64,000 bases of DNA, taken from NCBI GenBank assembly GCA_016210845.1, contig JACQTK010000142.1, positions 11,479 through 75,478 on the forward strand, given 5' to 3'. Made by a program: the position numbers and the translations under genes. Source of the DNA: Acidobacteriota bacterium. Its GTDB lineage: Bacteria > Acidobacteriota > Vicinamibacteria > Vicinamibacterales > UBA2999. Positions 48,201 through 57,014 of this stretch are shown here, piece after piece; position 1 is the first letter of the stretch; each line of letters begins with the position of its first letter. Below the pieces are notes generated by a model. The model made no database searches and had not been told where the DNA came from. It saw only the letters and a program-made list of their open reading frames with translations.

Positions 48201-49051
48201 GAAACATCGCAGTCACTCTCTTCTTCATCGTCGTCATGGCATTCGGCCTGCCGGGGCCCGCCTCGGGCCAGAGCAGCCGCGCGGTGGGCATCGCCGTCGA
48301 CGCTGCCCAAGTCGAGTTCGACAACGCGCGCGCGCAAACGGTCGCCGCGCAGGAGCGCTACAGTCAGCAGTCCCAGGAGCTTGCCACCCGCGTGGCGCGC
48401 GGCGAAATTCCCCTCAGCCGCGCCTCGCAGCTGCAGCGTTTCTTTCAACTCGACATCGTTGACGCCCAAATGGACGAAGCGCTGGCCTATCTGCGTGTGA
48501 TCGACTCCCGAACCCTGGACTACCGAACGAAACGCGACGAATACACGAAGGCCATCAACGACGTTCGCGGCATCCTGAACCGCAACAACGTACAGCGGCA
48601 GCAGCTCGCCCGGGAGCTCCGCGAGCGCCGGGGCCCGGCGGTGCTGGTCGGCCGGGAATACACGGCTCTCACCGGCGGGCGCATTGCGGGTATCGGCGAC
48701 GATCAGCAGATGCTCAACGAGATCGAGGGCTTGCTCAAGCGGTACAGCGCCTCGCAGATCGAAGCCGAGAACGCGTTGAGCGCTCTCCAGCGCGAGATCG
48801 ACGTCATCGACCGTAACCTCCCGCTCCTGGAGGCCCGACGCGGGATCGCCAACCAGCTCGTCGAACTGCTCCGAATGAGGGCCATCCTGTTGCGGGCCGG
48901 GGCCGGCGCGGGCGCGAGCGAACCGCTGCCGGATGTGCTGACCTTGGAGCCCCTTCCGTCCCTGTTTGGACCATCGCCAGGCACGCCACTCTTTGGCGAG
49001 GACGTCGTCGATCCCGACGCCCTTCGACGGCGCCTCGAGGAAGTACAGTGA
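48197..49051 (+). CDS. secreted coiled-coil protein (island operon gene 2)
   Basis: ATGA overlap with gene 1, an MRNIAVTLFFIVVMAFGLPGPASG signal peptide, and long heptad-like helical stretches. Confidence 0.6.
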   Translation: MRNIAVTLFFIVVMAFGLPGPASGQSSRAVGIAVDAAQVEFDNARAQTVAAQERYSQQSQELATRVARGEIPLSRASQLQRFFQLDIVDAQMDEALAYLRVIDSRTLDYRTKRDEYTKAINDVRGILNRNNVQRQQLARELRERRGPAVLVGREYTALTGGRIAGIGDDQQMLNEIEGLLKRYSASQIEAENALSALQREIDVIDRNLPLLEARRGIANQLVELLRMRAILLRAGAGAGASEPLPDVLTLEPLPSLFGPSPGTPLFGEDVVDPDALRRRLEEVQ

Positions 49052-49380
49052 ACGTCGTCAGCCTCTGGACCAACGCGCTGGTCGGCGTCGGCCCTGTGTT
49101 CCACGTCGTGTTCACCGCGTATCTGTACGCCTGGGCGTTCGCGCTGACGCGCGAGAGCTTCGCGGTGGCCCGCATGCTGGCCGCCCACGTCGGCCTGTGG
49201 GGCATCGTGGGGACCTACCTGAGCTTGATCGTCTCCTTGCAGATCGACCTAGCAGACGACGGCGGCCTGAAGACCTTCCAGAAGCTGCTGTCGTTCGGGC
49301 CCGAAAGCAGCCTCATCGGCCTCACCTTGTTCCTGGCGATGAACGTGCTGCATCACTTCGTCCAGGAGAGCGACACATGA
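49048..49380 (+). CDS. small 3-TM membrane protein, possibly a minimal ExbB/TolQ/MotA-like channel subunit (island operon gene 3)
   Basis: GTGA overlap. Three hydrophobic segments. HVGLWGIVGTYLSLIVSL resembles the ExbB/TolQ LGLLGTVxG motif. This is a by-eye match only. Confidence 0.45.
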   Translation: MNVVSLWTNALVGVGPVFHVVFTAYLYAWAFALTRESFAVARMLAAHVGLWGIVGTYLSLIVSLQIDLADDGGLKTFQKLLSFGPESSLIGLTLFLAMNVLHHFVQESDT

Positions 49381-49805
49381 CACTCTCGGCGCGCATTCAC
49401 CAGCCGCTGCCACGCAAGACCGACGCGTCCGCGGACGGTCTACTGTCGTCGTTCCTGACGGACACGATCCTGGTCCTGGCCATTGCGCTCCTCGTCTACA
49501 TTCCCGCCGCGCACAACCGGCTGGCACTCCAGCAGCGCCAAGCGGCGGCCAGCGCCGACAGGTCGGCCACACGCGAGCCGCTCCGTCTCGACGTCATCGG
49601 CGAGAACGTGCTCGTCGGCACGCCCGCCCGGTCGGCCGCGTCGCTGTCGGCCGCGGAACGGGCGGCGTACAGCGGCCGCACCGGTCTGATCCGGGTGTAC
49701 GGCAGCAGCATTTCCGCGGCCGCCATGACCGAGCTCTCCCGCGTCTATCACGAGCTCGGCCTGACTTCGTGGGCGTTTCACTTCGAATCGGAGAGTCTGC
49801 GATGA
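49377..49805 (+). CDS. single-TM protein, possibly ExbD/TolR-like (island operon gene 4)
   Basis: ATGA overlap. One TM (FLTDTILVLAIALLVYIP) followed by a ~90-aa periplasmic domain (LRLDVIGENVLVG...LIRVYGSS) in the ExbD arrangement. By-eye match only. Confidence 0.45.
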   Translation: MTLSARIHQPLPRKTDASADGLLSSFLTDTILVLAIALLVYIPAAHNRLALQQRQAAASADRSATREPLRLDVIGENVLVGTPARSAASLSAAERAAYSGRTGLIRVYGSSISAAAMTELSRVYHELGLTSWAFHFESESLR

Positions 49806-50314
49806 AGATATTGATGGCGTTCCTGTTGCTGCTGGCCCTGCTCGCCATGGCGGCCGCCGGTGGACATTACTACTTACAGCCGTATCTACAGTCCCATTCG
49901 CCTGGCGACACATCGCACGCACCGGGATCAACCGCGGCACGCCAATCGGGTCCCGTTGATCCGAACCGGCTGTTCGAAACGATTCCACCGCTTGCGGGCA
50001 GCCCGCCGCCACCTGCGCCTCTGCCCGACGCCAAAGGCGGAGCGTTCATTCTCGAAGCGCCCTCGCTGGCACCGCCCGCGCCCGTATCGCCTGCGACGGC
50101 GCCGGCGGACCGTCTGGATCTGCCGGTGGAACCTGGGCCGGATCTGTTGGTGGAGCCGCGGTTCATCGACCCGTCGGATCTCGAGACCCCCCCAGAGGTG
50201 CTCGAGCGGCGCATCGTGAACCGGGCCAAGGAGATCCTGGACAAGGTGCCGATCCTTCCCGTTCCCTTGGCCGACGTCCCGACGAACGAACAGCCGGCGG
50301 CGCCCGGACGATGA
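49802..50314 (+). CDS. membrane-anchored proline-rich protein with TonB/TolA-like architecture (island operon gene 5)
   Basis: ATGA overlap. N-terminal TM (MKILMAFLLLLALLAMAAAGG), then Pro-rich PPPPAPLP...PPAPVSPATAP. Confidence 0.55.
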   Translation: MKILMAFLLLLALLAMAAAGGHYYLQPYLQSHSPGDTSHAPGSTAARQSGPVDPNRLFETIPPLAGSPPPPAPLPDAKGGAFILEAPSLAPPAPVSPATAPADRLDLPVEPGPDLLVEPRFIDPSDLETPPEVLERRIVNRAKEILDKVPILPVPLADVPTNEQPAAPGR

Positions 50315-50346
50315 CGTTCGAATTCGCCGAAAGGAGCTGAAGGCCA

Positions 50347-51126
50347 ATGCGTGAGTACTACCTTCCCTGGTTCCTTCCTATCCTGTTTACGGTCGCTCTG
50401 GTCTTCCACTACGTGGGAGCGGCGCTCGACTACCTGACTCCCGAGCCATCCGCGTTGGTGGACATCGGTCCCCTGGGCCGCCAGATGCCGCCGCCAACGC
50501 CGGCCGACCCCGCGGAGACCGAGCCTGAGCCGATAGAGACACAACCGGCTTCCCAACCTCGGGCCCCTCGCTCCCAGGCGGCCAAGGCCGCCGAGCGGTC
50601 GGGCGCCACGACGAGCCGCCCGGCGGGCCCCGAGCGTCCTGACGTCCACCGCACAACGGAGGCATTGGCAGCCAATGGACCGTCGCAGATCGTCGTCGTC
50701 GGAGACGAGGACGGCATACACAAGCATGAGAGAGCGCTCCCGGCCGCGCCCGCTCCGCCCGCGGCCGACCCCAAGCCCCAGCTCCCGACGGCCGCCCAGT
50801 TGGGCGAGATGGAATTCCACATCGATGCCTCACCTGGCTCGATCGAGGACCTCGTCCGCAATGTCGACGGCGCCTTCATGCGGGGAACCCGTCTGTACGA
50901 CGTCCACGGCAATCCGCTGGCCTCGACGGCGAGGTTCACGAGCGGGTCCAAGCTGATCGTGTTCTACGCACTGGATGGCGGGTTGTCAGTCGTGTTGCCG
51001 AACCGGGTTGTCGACGAAGTGCTGCAGCGCGTGGCGCTCAAGTCGGGGAACGGAACGCTACGACGCGTCCGCGTCCTGGCCCGATTCGATCCGTCGGGCG
51101 TTCTAAGAGACGTCGATGTTCTCTAA
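50347..51126 (+). CDS. membrane-anchored proline-rich protein with a C-terminal globular domain (island operon gene 6)
   Basis: AAAGGAG RBS, TM (WFLPILFTVALVFHYVGAAL), a Pro/Ala-rich spacer and a ~110-aa C-terminal domain. Confidence 0.55.
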   Translation: MREYYLPWFLPILFTVALVFHYVGAALDYLTPEPSALVDIGPLGRQMPPPTPADPAETEPEPIETQPASQPRAPRSQAAKAAERSGATTSRPAGPERPDVHRTTEALAANGPSQIVVVGDEDGIHKHERALPAAPAPPAADPKPQLPTAAQLGEMEFHIDASPGSIEDLVRNVDGAFMRGTRLYDVHGNPLASTARFTSGSKLIVFYALDGGLSVVLPNRVVDEVLQRVALKSGNGTLRRVRVLARFDPSGVLRDVDVL

Positions 51127-51802
51127 TCGCCTGGCCCTGGCACTCGCCCTGCTCGCGTCCCCGGCCGTGACGTCGGCGCAGTCGAGCGTGCCTTCGCACC
51201 TCTTGGAACTTGCCGATCGCGACCTCGAGCAACTGATCTCCGCCCGTGCCGATGGAATCCACAGACGTGCCAGCAGCCGTTATGGCTCCACGTTCTCAAC
51301 CGCCCCGCCCACGACCGTCCGGCGGCGACCGGAAGCATCGATCCGGACGAACCCCGCATCACCCGCGATCTCTGCAGTAACGAGCGCAGCGCCTTCCACA
51401 CCTGCCGCGACCTCGCTCAGGATCCAGGCGGTCCAGGTCGCCGAGACGCTGGGAATGCCGGCCCACCTCGCGCTGGCCCTCATCAGCGTCGAGTCGGGCT
51501 GGAAGCCGCGCGCCGTGTCGCCAAAGGGAGCGATCGGGTTGACCCAGGTGATGCCCGCCACGGCCAAGGGGATGAACGTCACCTGCGATCTCTTCGAGCC
51601 GCCGTGCAACCTGCACACCGGGCTTACGTACCTCCGGCGCATGCTCGACCAGTTCAAGGATCCGCGACTTGCGCTGGCGGCGTACATCGGCGGCCCTGGC
51701 GTCTTCTCGAAACGCTATTCAGAGGCGACGCGCCAGGAAATCGAGAGCTACGTGCGGAATGTGATTGTCACGGCAAACCAGTTGGCGCCGGCTCGGCAAT
51801 GA
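51116..51802 (+). CDS. secreted SLT-domain lytic transglycosylase (island operon gene 7)
   Basis: Signal peptide MFSNRLALALALLASPAVTSAQ. SLT motifs LALALISVESGWKPRAVSPKGAIGLTQVMPATA and AAYIGGPG. Confidence 0.75.
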   Translation: MFSNRLALALALLASPAVTSAQSSVPSHLLELADRDLEQLISARADGIHRRASSRYGSTFSTAPPTTVRRRPEASIRTNPASPAISAVTSAAPSTPAATSLRIQAVQVAETLGMPAHLALALISVESGWKPRAVSPKGAIGLTQVMPATAKGMNVTCDLFEPPCNLHTGLTYLRRMLDQFKDPRLALAAYIGGPGVFSKRYSEATRQEIESYVRNVIVTANQLAPARQ

Positions 51803-51832
51803 GAGTGTCACTCACACACCTTCGACGCCGGG

Positions 51833-51943
51833 CTGGCCGACTGCCGCACGAACCCGCGCGTGCTGCGGCTGTTCGACCGGGCGCGCATGGAATGGGACAG
51901 CTTCCTCCTCTCCGGCGCCGCCGACACCACGAGCCTCGAATGA
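51833..51943 (+). repeat. right copy of the 111-nt direct repeat (orphan 3' end of the lytic transglycosylase gene)
   Basis: Encodes LADCRTNPRVLRLFDRARMEWDSFLLSGAADTTSLE*, versus LADFRTNPRVLRLFDRARMEWDSFLLSSAAVPTSLE* at 40351-40461. Confidence 0.9.
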
Positions 51944-52007
51944 ACGGCGCGCGCACGCAACGCGCAGGCGTATCAGCGGCTTCAGCCCGCGCACCCGGAC
52001 GCAGGAC

Positions 52008-52241
52008 TTACGGCGCGGGCGGCAGCGTGTTCAGCAAGCGAAGAGCGGCTTGGTTTGCAGCAATCGCCGCATCGATGGCCCCGCCCTGTGCATGGTTCGC
52101 CGCCTGGACTGCGGTGATAGCTGTGCGGAGCCCGTCCATCGCCTTGTCGAAGGCGGTATTGGCGTCGCGGAGCGCACGAAACACCTCGTCATGCTGGTCG
52201 AGGATGTTTCGAATCTCCCGGCGCATCTCGTCGCCGCTCAT
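52008..52241 (-). CDS. small helical hypothetical protein
   Basis: 77-aa ORF of plausible composition. No family recognised. Confidence 0.3.
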   Translation of the reverse strand: MSGDEMRREIRNILDQHDEVFRALRDANTAFDKAMDGLRTAITAVQAANHAQGGAIDAAIAANQAALRLLNTLPPAP

Positions 52242-52274
52242 ACGACCATTGTAGACCTTTCCCTCGGCTCGGGC

Positions 52275-52651
52275 TCAAACTGCACTGGCGGTAAGAACAG
52301 TCGCAACCCGCCTCGCGATCTCGGTGCAGAGCCGCGCGTGCTGGTCGGCATCCAGATGCACCCCATCGACGAGGCTCGTTGTCGTGACGGAGCCCGCGTC
52401 GATGAAGTGGCACTCGAGTTCGGTTGCGACCTGCCGATAGGCTTCGGCAAGTTGCGGCCAGGTTTGAAGGGATCATCCCAGACGGTGCGGCGGCCGTTCA
52501 GGCAGTCTTCGATTACACGCACCCGATGCCCTGTCCTGGTGAGCTCGGCTTCGAGCACTCCAGGCCAGCGCACGTCGAACGGCAGTCGCTGCCGCGTGTT
52601 CGGGATGATGCCCCACGTCAACGAATCCGAGTAGACGAGGATCTGACGCAT
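52275..52651 (-). pseudogene. SGNH/GDSL hydrolase with an internal deletion and frameshift
   Basis: The N-terminus MRQILVYSDSLTWG...VIEDCLNGRRTVWDDP carries blocks I and II. After FKPGRN the frame shifts to LAEAYRQVATELECHFIDAGSVTTTSLVDGVHLDADQH... (block V, DxxH). About 75 central residues are missing. Confidence 0.65.
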
Positions 52652-52669
52652 CGGCCGACAACTACGTGC

Positions 52670-52808
52670 CCATGAGCCTGAGGCGTGGACCTCCGGAGCA
52701 AACCGTAGTCACGCGTTAGCGCGACGCGAGGCAAAGCCGTTCGCTTCGAGCGAAGTGTAAGTCGAGCGGAGCCGGTTTGCGAAGGAGGTCTACGCCTCGG
52801 GCTCGTGG
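52670..52808. repeat. ~140-bp imperfect palindrome downstream of the second B12-binding subunit gene
   Basis: ccatgagcctgaggcgtggacctccggagcaaaccg (52670-52705) pairs at about 30 of 35 positions with the reverse complement of 52767-52808. Inner small hairpins are also present (ttcgct-tcg-agcgaa). Confidence 0.7.
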
Positions 52809-52814
52809 CCTCTC

Positions 52815-53225
52815 TTAGATCTCCTGGACCTGCGGCCGGACGTGCTGCTGGATGAACGCGATGATGTCCTGCATGCGCGTGCCAGGCTGGAACACGCCCG
52901 AGATCCCGATCTCCTTCAGCTTCGCCGCGTCGACTTCCGGAATGATCCCGCCGACGACCACCAGCACGTCGTCGAGCCCCTTCTCCTGCAGCAGCTGCAT
53001 CACGCGCGGACAGATGTGGGAGTGCGCGCCAGAGAGAATCGACAGCCCGATGACGTCGGCATCCTCCTGGAGCGCGACCTGCACGATCTGCTCGGGCGAC
53101 TGCCGCAGGCCCGTGTAGATGACTTCCATGCCCGCGTCGCGCAGCGCACGCGCGATGACCTTGGCCCCGCGATCGTGGCCGTCGAGCCCGGGCTTCCCGA
53201 TGACGACGCGAATCTTCCGTTCCAT
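52815..53225 (-). CDS. acyl-CoA mutase small subunit (cobalamin-binding domain), second copy
   Basis: [40 protein letters not shown] chose the ATG at 53225 by alignment with the copy at 6045-6455. Confidence 0.9.
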   Translation of the reverse strand: MERKIRVVIGKPGLDGHDRGAKVIARALRDAGMEVIYTGLRQSPEQIVQVALQEDADVIGLSILSGAHSHICPRVMQLLQEKGLDDVLVVVGGIIPEVDAAKLKEIGISGVFQPGTRMQDIIAFIQQHVRPQVQEI

Positions 53226-53229
53226 ACCC

Positions 53230-53751
53230 TTATTCCACCACCGCGAGGACACGGCCGGCTTCCACCGACATGCCCTCCTTCACCGCGATCTCCTTGACGC
53301 GGCCGGCCTTCGGCGACCCGATCTCGCTCTCCATCTTCATCGCCTCGACGACCACCAGTCCCTGGCGCACCTTCACCTCGTCGCCTGGAGCGACCAGCAC
53401 GCGGACGACCTTTCCTGGCATCGGCGCGAGGACCCGCTGCTCGCCCTGGGCGCCACCGAGCCCTTCCCCGCCGCCGCGGCGGAGACGCCGCCCGTTGACG
53501 ACGGCCCGCAGGAGGCCGTCGCGGGTGCGCACCAGCAGCTCGCCCCGCTCGGCGCCGTCCGCCATCTCGACCTCGTGGCAGGCGCCGCCCGCGTTCAGCA
53601 TGATGAGCGACAGCGTCGAGCGGTCGACCTCGCGCGCGTCCACCAGCTGCTCGACACCGTCGATGCTGATGCGAAACCGGCCGGCGTGTCCGGCCACCGG
53701 GTCGACCGCCACGGTCCGCAGCTTGCCGTTGACCTCCACCTCGAACGTCAT
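53230..53751 (-). CDS. biotin carboxyl carrier protein domain protein
   Basis: The C-terminus [13 protein letters not shown] contains the biotinyl-lysine motif (AMKM). Confidence 0.85.
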   Translation of the reverse strand: MTFEVEVNGKLRTVAVDPVAGHAGRFRISIDGVEQLVDAREVDRSTLSLIMLNAGGACHEVEMADGAERGELLVRTRDGLLRAVVNGRRLRRGGGEGLGGAQGEQRVLAPMPGKVVRVLVAPGDEVKVRQGLVVVEAMKMESEIGSPKAGRVKEIAVKEGMSVEAGRVLAVVE

Positions 53752-53807
53752 TGGACCGCTCTACGGCTCCTCATAAGAATCCTGGACCCCTCGTACAGCC
53801 CCAACCA

Positions 53808-55343
53808 TCAAGGGACGAGCCCGTGACTGGTCCGCTGTCCTTCGAGCCGCGCCACCCGCTGCCAGGACGACCGAGCCGCGCTGCGGTTGGCCGCGCCCGC
53901 GCGCATGAGCCCCTGCATGTACGTGTGCAGGGCCGCGCCGATCACCGCCGCCTCCTCGCTCTGACTCGACACTTCCTGGAACGGCTGGCCCTCGCGCGCG
54001 GCCAGCACGCGATCGAGGAACGTGACGTCGAACCGTCCCGCCAGGAAGTTCGGGTCGCGCAGAATCCATTGGAAGAACGGGATGGTCGTCGTCACGCCGC
54101 CGACGATGTACTCCGACAGGGCACGCGTCATGCGTGCAATGGCCTGCTCGCGATCTTCGCCCCACGCGATGAGCTTCGAGATGAGCGAGTCGTAGTAGAT
54201 CGGGATCTCGAACCCTGCGGCCACGCCGCTGTCGTCGCGGACGCCAGGGCCCGCGGGCGATCGGAGCTGCCGGATCAGGCCCGGAGCGGGCATGAACGTG
54301 CGCTCCGGATCCTCCGCGTACACGCGGCACTCGATCGCGTGTCCGCGCGGCGTCAGCAGGCGCTCCGGATCGAGGGTCAGCTTCTCGCCGCGCGCGATCC
54401 GGATCTGCCACTGCACCAGGTCCAGCCCCGTGATCATCTCGGTGATCGGATGCTCCACCTGGAGCCGCGTGTTCACCTCGAGGAAGTAGAAGTGCCCCGT
54501 CTCGTCGACCAGGAACTCCGCCGTGCCCGCGTTGACGTACTTGGCGCGCCTGGCCACCGCCGCCGCCGCATCGGCCAGCGCCTGCCTCAGCTCGGGGCTC
54601 ACGGCGAGCGACGGCGTCTCCTCGATGACCTTCTGGTGACGCCGCTGAATCGAGCACTCGCGCTCGACGAACGGCAGCACCGTGCCGTGCTCGTCGCCAA
54701 GGAACTGGATCTCGATGTGCCGCGGGCGGGAGAGGCGGCGCTCGAAGTAGATGGCCGCGTCGCCGAACGCGCTCTTGGCCTCCGACCGCGCCGTGCGGGA
54801 CGCGCTCGCCAGCTCCTCCGGCGAGGCCGCCACGCGCATCCCCTTGCCGCCGCCGCCGGCCACCGCCTTCACGAGCAGCGGGTATCCGATGTCGGCCGCG
54901 ATGGCGGCGACCTCCGCCTCGGGGAGCTCCTCGGGCAGCGGGCCATCGGTGCCCGGGACGACGGGCACACCGGCCTCGACGGCCACCTGCCGCGCCGCGG
55001 TCTTGCCGCCGAGCAGCTCCATCACCTCCGCGGGCGGGCCGATGAAGGTCAGCCCCGCCTCGCGCACGGCGCGCGCGAACCGGGGGTTCTCGGCGAGGAA
55101 GCCGTAGCCCGGATGGATGGCGAACGCGCCCGTGCGGCGCGCGGCGTCGATGATCTTGTCGATGCGGAGGTAGCTCTCGCCAGGGGTGTTGCCGCCGAGC
55201 GCCACCGCCTCGTCTGCGTACCGGACGAACGGCGCCGTACGGTCGCAGTCGGAGTAGACGGCCACGGTGGCGATCTCCATGTCGCGGCACGCGCGCATCA
55301 CGCGGATCGCGATCTCTCCCCGGTTGGCGACGAGAACCTTCAT
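53808..55343 (-). CDS. acyl-CoA carboxylase biotin carboxylase subunit
   Basis: MKVLVANRGEIAIRVMRA..., ATP-grasp GGGGKGMRV and FLEVNTRLQVEHPITE. Confidence 0.9.
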   Translation of the reverse strand: MKVLVANRGEIAIRVMRACRDMEIATVAVYSDCDRTAPFVRYADEAVALGGNTPGESYLRIDKIIDAARRTGAFAIHPGYGFLAENPRFARAVREAGLTFIGPPAEVMELLGGKTAARQVAVEAGVPVVPGTDGPLPEELPEAEVAAIAADIGYPLLVKAVAGGGGKGMRVAASPEELASASRTARSEAKSAFGDAAIYFERRLSRPRHIEIQFLGDEHGTVLPFVERECSIQRRHQKVIEETPSLAVSPELRQALADAAAAVARRAKYVNAGTAEFLVDETGHFYFLEVNTRLQVEHPITEMITGLDLVQWQIRIARGEKLTLDPERLLTPRGHAIECRVYAEDPERTFMPAPGLIRQLRSPAGPGVRDDSGVAAGFEIPIYYDSLISKLIAWGEDREQAIARMTRALSEYIVGGVTTTIPFFQWILRDPNFLAGRFDVTFLDRVLAAREGQPFQEVSSQSEEAAVIGAALHTYMQGLMRAGAANRSAARSSWQRVARLEGQRTSHGLVP

Positions 55344-55441
55344 GGCGCGTCTGCGCCCCGCCACGACAGAAGCGCATCCGCGCTAGTCATGCAAACCTTC
55401 ACGAAACTCTGGTCAGCCAAGGAAGGCGTCACGGGTTTGCA

Positions 55442-56983
55442 TTACAGCGGGATGTTGCCGTGCTTCTTCGGCGGGTTCTTGTCCCGCTTCGTCTCGAGGC
55501 CCTCGAGCGCGGCGATGAGCCTGGGCCGCGTGGTGCGCGGCTGGACGACCTCGTCCAGATAGCCGCGGCTGGCCGCCACGAACGGGTTGGCGAACTTCTC
55601 GCGGAACTCGGCGACCTTGGCGGCGCGCAGCGCCACGGGGTCCTTGGCGGTGTCGAGCTCCCGCTTGTAGAGGATGTTGACGGCGCCCTCGGGGCCCATC
55701 ACCGCGATCTCCGCCGTGGGCCAGGCGAAGTTCAAGTCGGTGCGAATGTGCTTGCTCGACATGACGCAGTAGGCGCCGCCGTACGCCTTGCGGGTGATCA
55801 CGGTCACCTTGGGCACGGTGGCTTCGGCAAACGCGAACAGCAGCTTGGCGCCGTGCCGGATGATGCCGCCGTACTCCTGCTGCGTCCCGGGCAGAAAGCC
55901 CGGCACGTCCTCGAACGTCACCAGCGGGATGTTGAACGCGTCGCAGAAGCGGACGAAGCGCGCGCCCTTGACCGAGGCGTTGATGTCGAGCGTGCCCGCC
56001 AGGTGCGCGGGCTGGTTGGCCACGATGCCCACCGACCGCCCGCCCAGCCGCGCGAAGCCGATCAGGATGTTCTCCGCATAGTGGCGCTGCACCTCGAGGA
56101 ACTCGCCGTTGTCGGCCACGGCATGAATGAGGTCGCGCATGTCGTACGGCTGGTTCGGCAGCGGCGGCACCAGCGAATCGAGCGCCGCGTCCTGCCGGTC
56201 CCACGGGTCGCCGGTGTCGCGGCGCGGCGGCTCGTCGAGATTGTTGCCCGGCATGTACCCGAGCAGCTCGCGGATCAGGGCGAGACATTCACGGTCGTCC
56301 GCCACGGCGAAATGGGCCACGCCGCTCTTGACGTTGTGCGTCATGGCGCCGCCCAGCTCCTCCTTGGTGACCTCCTCGTGCGTGACCGTCTTCACCACGT
56401 CGGGCCCGGTGACGAACATGTAGCTCGTGTTCTGGACCATGATGGTGAAGTCCGTGATCGCGGGCGAGTAGACGGCGCCGCCCGCGCAGGGGCCCATGAT
56501 GGCGGAGATCTGCGGGACGACGCCCGAGGCGAGCGTGTTGCGCAGGAAGATGTCGGCATAGCCGCCGAGCGAGACGACGCCCTCCTGGATCCGGGCGCCG
56601 CCGGAGTCGTTGAGGCCCACGACCGGGGCGCCCATCTTCATCGCCAGATCCATGATCTTGACGATCTTGGCGGCGTTGGTCTCCGACAGCGATCCGCCGA
56701 AGACGGTGAAGTCCTGCGCGAAGGCGTACACCTGGCGCCCGTCGACCTGGCCGTGCCCCGCCACCACGCCGTCGCCTGGCACGAGCTGATCGCCCATCCC
56801 GAAGTCGCGGCACCGGTGCGTGACAAGCTTGTCGACTTCCTCGAAGGTGCCCGGGTCGTAGAACAGCTCCATGCGCTCGCGGGCGGTGAGCTTCCCCGCG
56901 GCATGCTGCTTGCGCCGCCGCTCCTCGCCGCCTCCTTCCTCGGCGCGGCGCTCGAGCTCGGAGAGAGTCCGTTGTGTGCTCAT
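55442..56983 (-). CDS. pccB: propionyl-CoA carboxylase beta chain / methylmalonyl-CoA carboxyltransferase
   Basis: 513 aa of the carboxyltransferase family, with [20 protein letters not shown] and a C-terminal KHGNIPL. Confidence 0.85.
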   Translation of the reverse strand: MSTQRTLSELERRAEEGGGEERRRKQHAAGKLTARERMELFYDPGTFEEVDKLVTHRCRDFGMGDQLVPGDGVVAGHGQVDGRQVYAFAQDFTVFGGSLSETNAAKIVKIMDLAMKMGAPVVGLNDSGGARIQEGVVSLGGYADIFLRNTLASGVVPQISAIMGPCAGGAVYSPAITDFTIMVQNTSYMFVTGPDVVKTVTHEEVTKEELGGAMTHNVKSGVAHFAVADDRECLALIRELLGYMPGNNLDEPPRRDTGDPWDRQDAALDSLVPPLPNQPYDMRDLIHAVADNGEFLEVQRHYAENILIGFARLGGRSVGIVANQPAHLAGTLDINASVKGARFVRFCDAFNIPLVTFEDVPGFLPGTQQEYGGIIRHGAKLLFAFAEATVPKVTVITRKAYGGAYCVMSSKHIRTDLNFAWPTAEIAVMGPEGAVNILYKRELDTAKDPVALRAAKVAEFREKFANPFVAASRGYLDEVVQPRTTRPRLIAALEGLETKRDKNPPKKHGNIPL

Positions 56984-57014
56984 CGCGTCGGTGAAACGGC
57001 GGTGGCCATCCAGG

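Larger units (their letters stand above)
40462..51832. mobile_element. ~11.4-kb mosaic genomic island between the direct repeats (no integrase seen)
   Basis: It is bracketed by the 111-nt repeat. It contains gene fragments (YfcC, WYL), a TA pair, and a lower-GC block (two sampled lines at 43.2 and 44.3 kb are 57% GC versus 67% at 17.0 kb). It also carries a self-contained operon. Confidence 0.6.

Noticed and set aside
47424-51802. Interpreting the island operon as a type IV secretion/conjugation or pilus system (VirB1-like SLT, VirB10-like Pro-rich protein).
   Set aside because: No VirB4, VirB11 or VirD4 ATPases, relaxase, pilin or secretin are present anywhere in the island.
40462-51832. 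Search for an integrase or transposase inside the island, including minus-strand ORFs such as 42951..43997 and 47400..48134.
   Set aside because: No tyrosine- or serine-recombinase or DDE motifs were recognisable. Those ORFs are antisense shadows of better-supported plus-strand genes.
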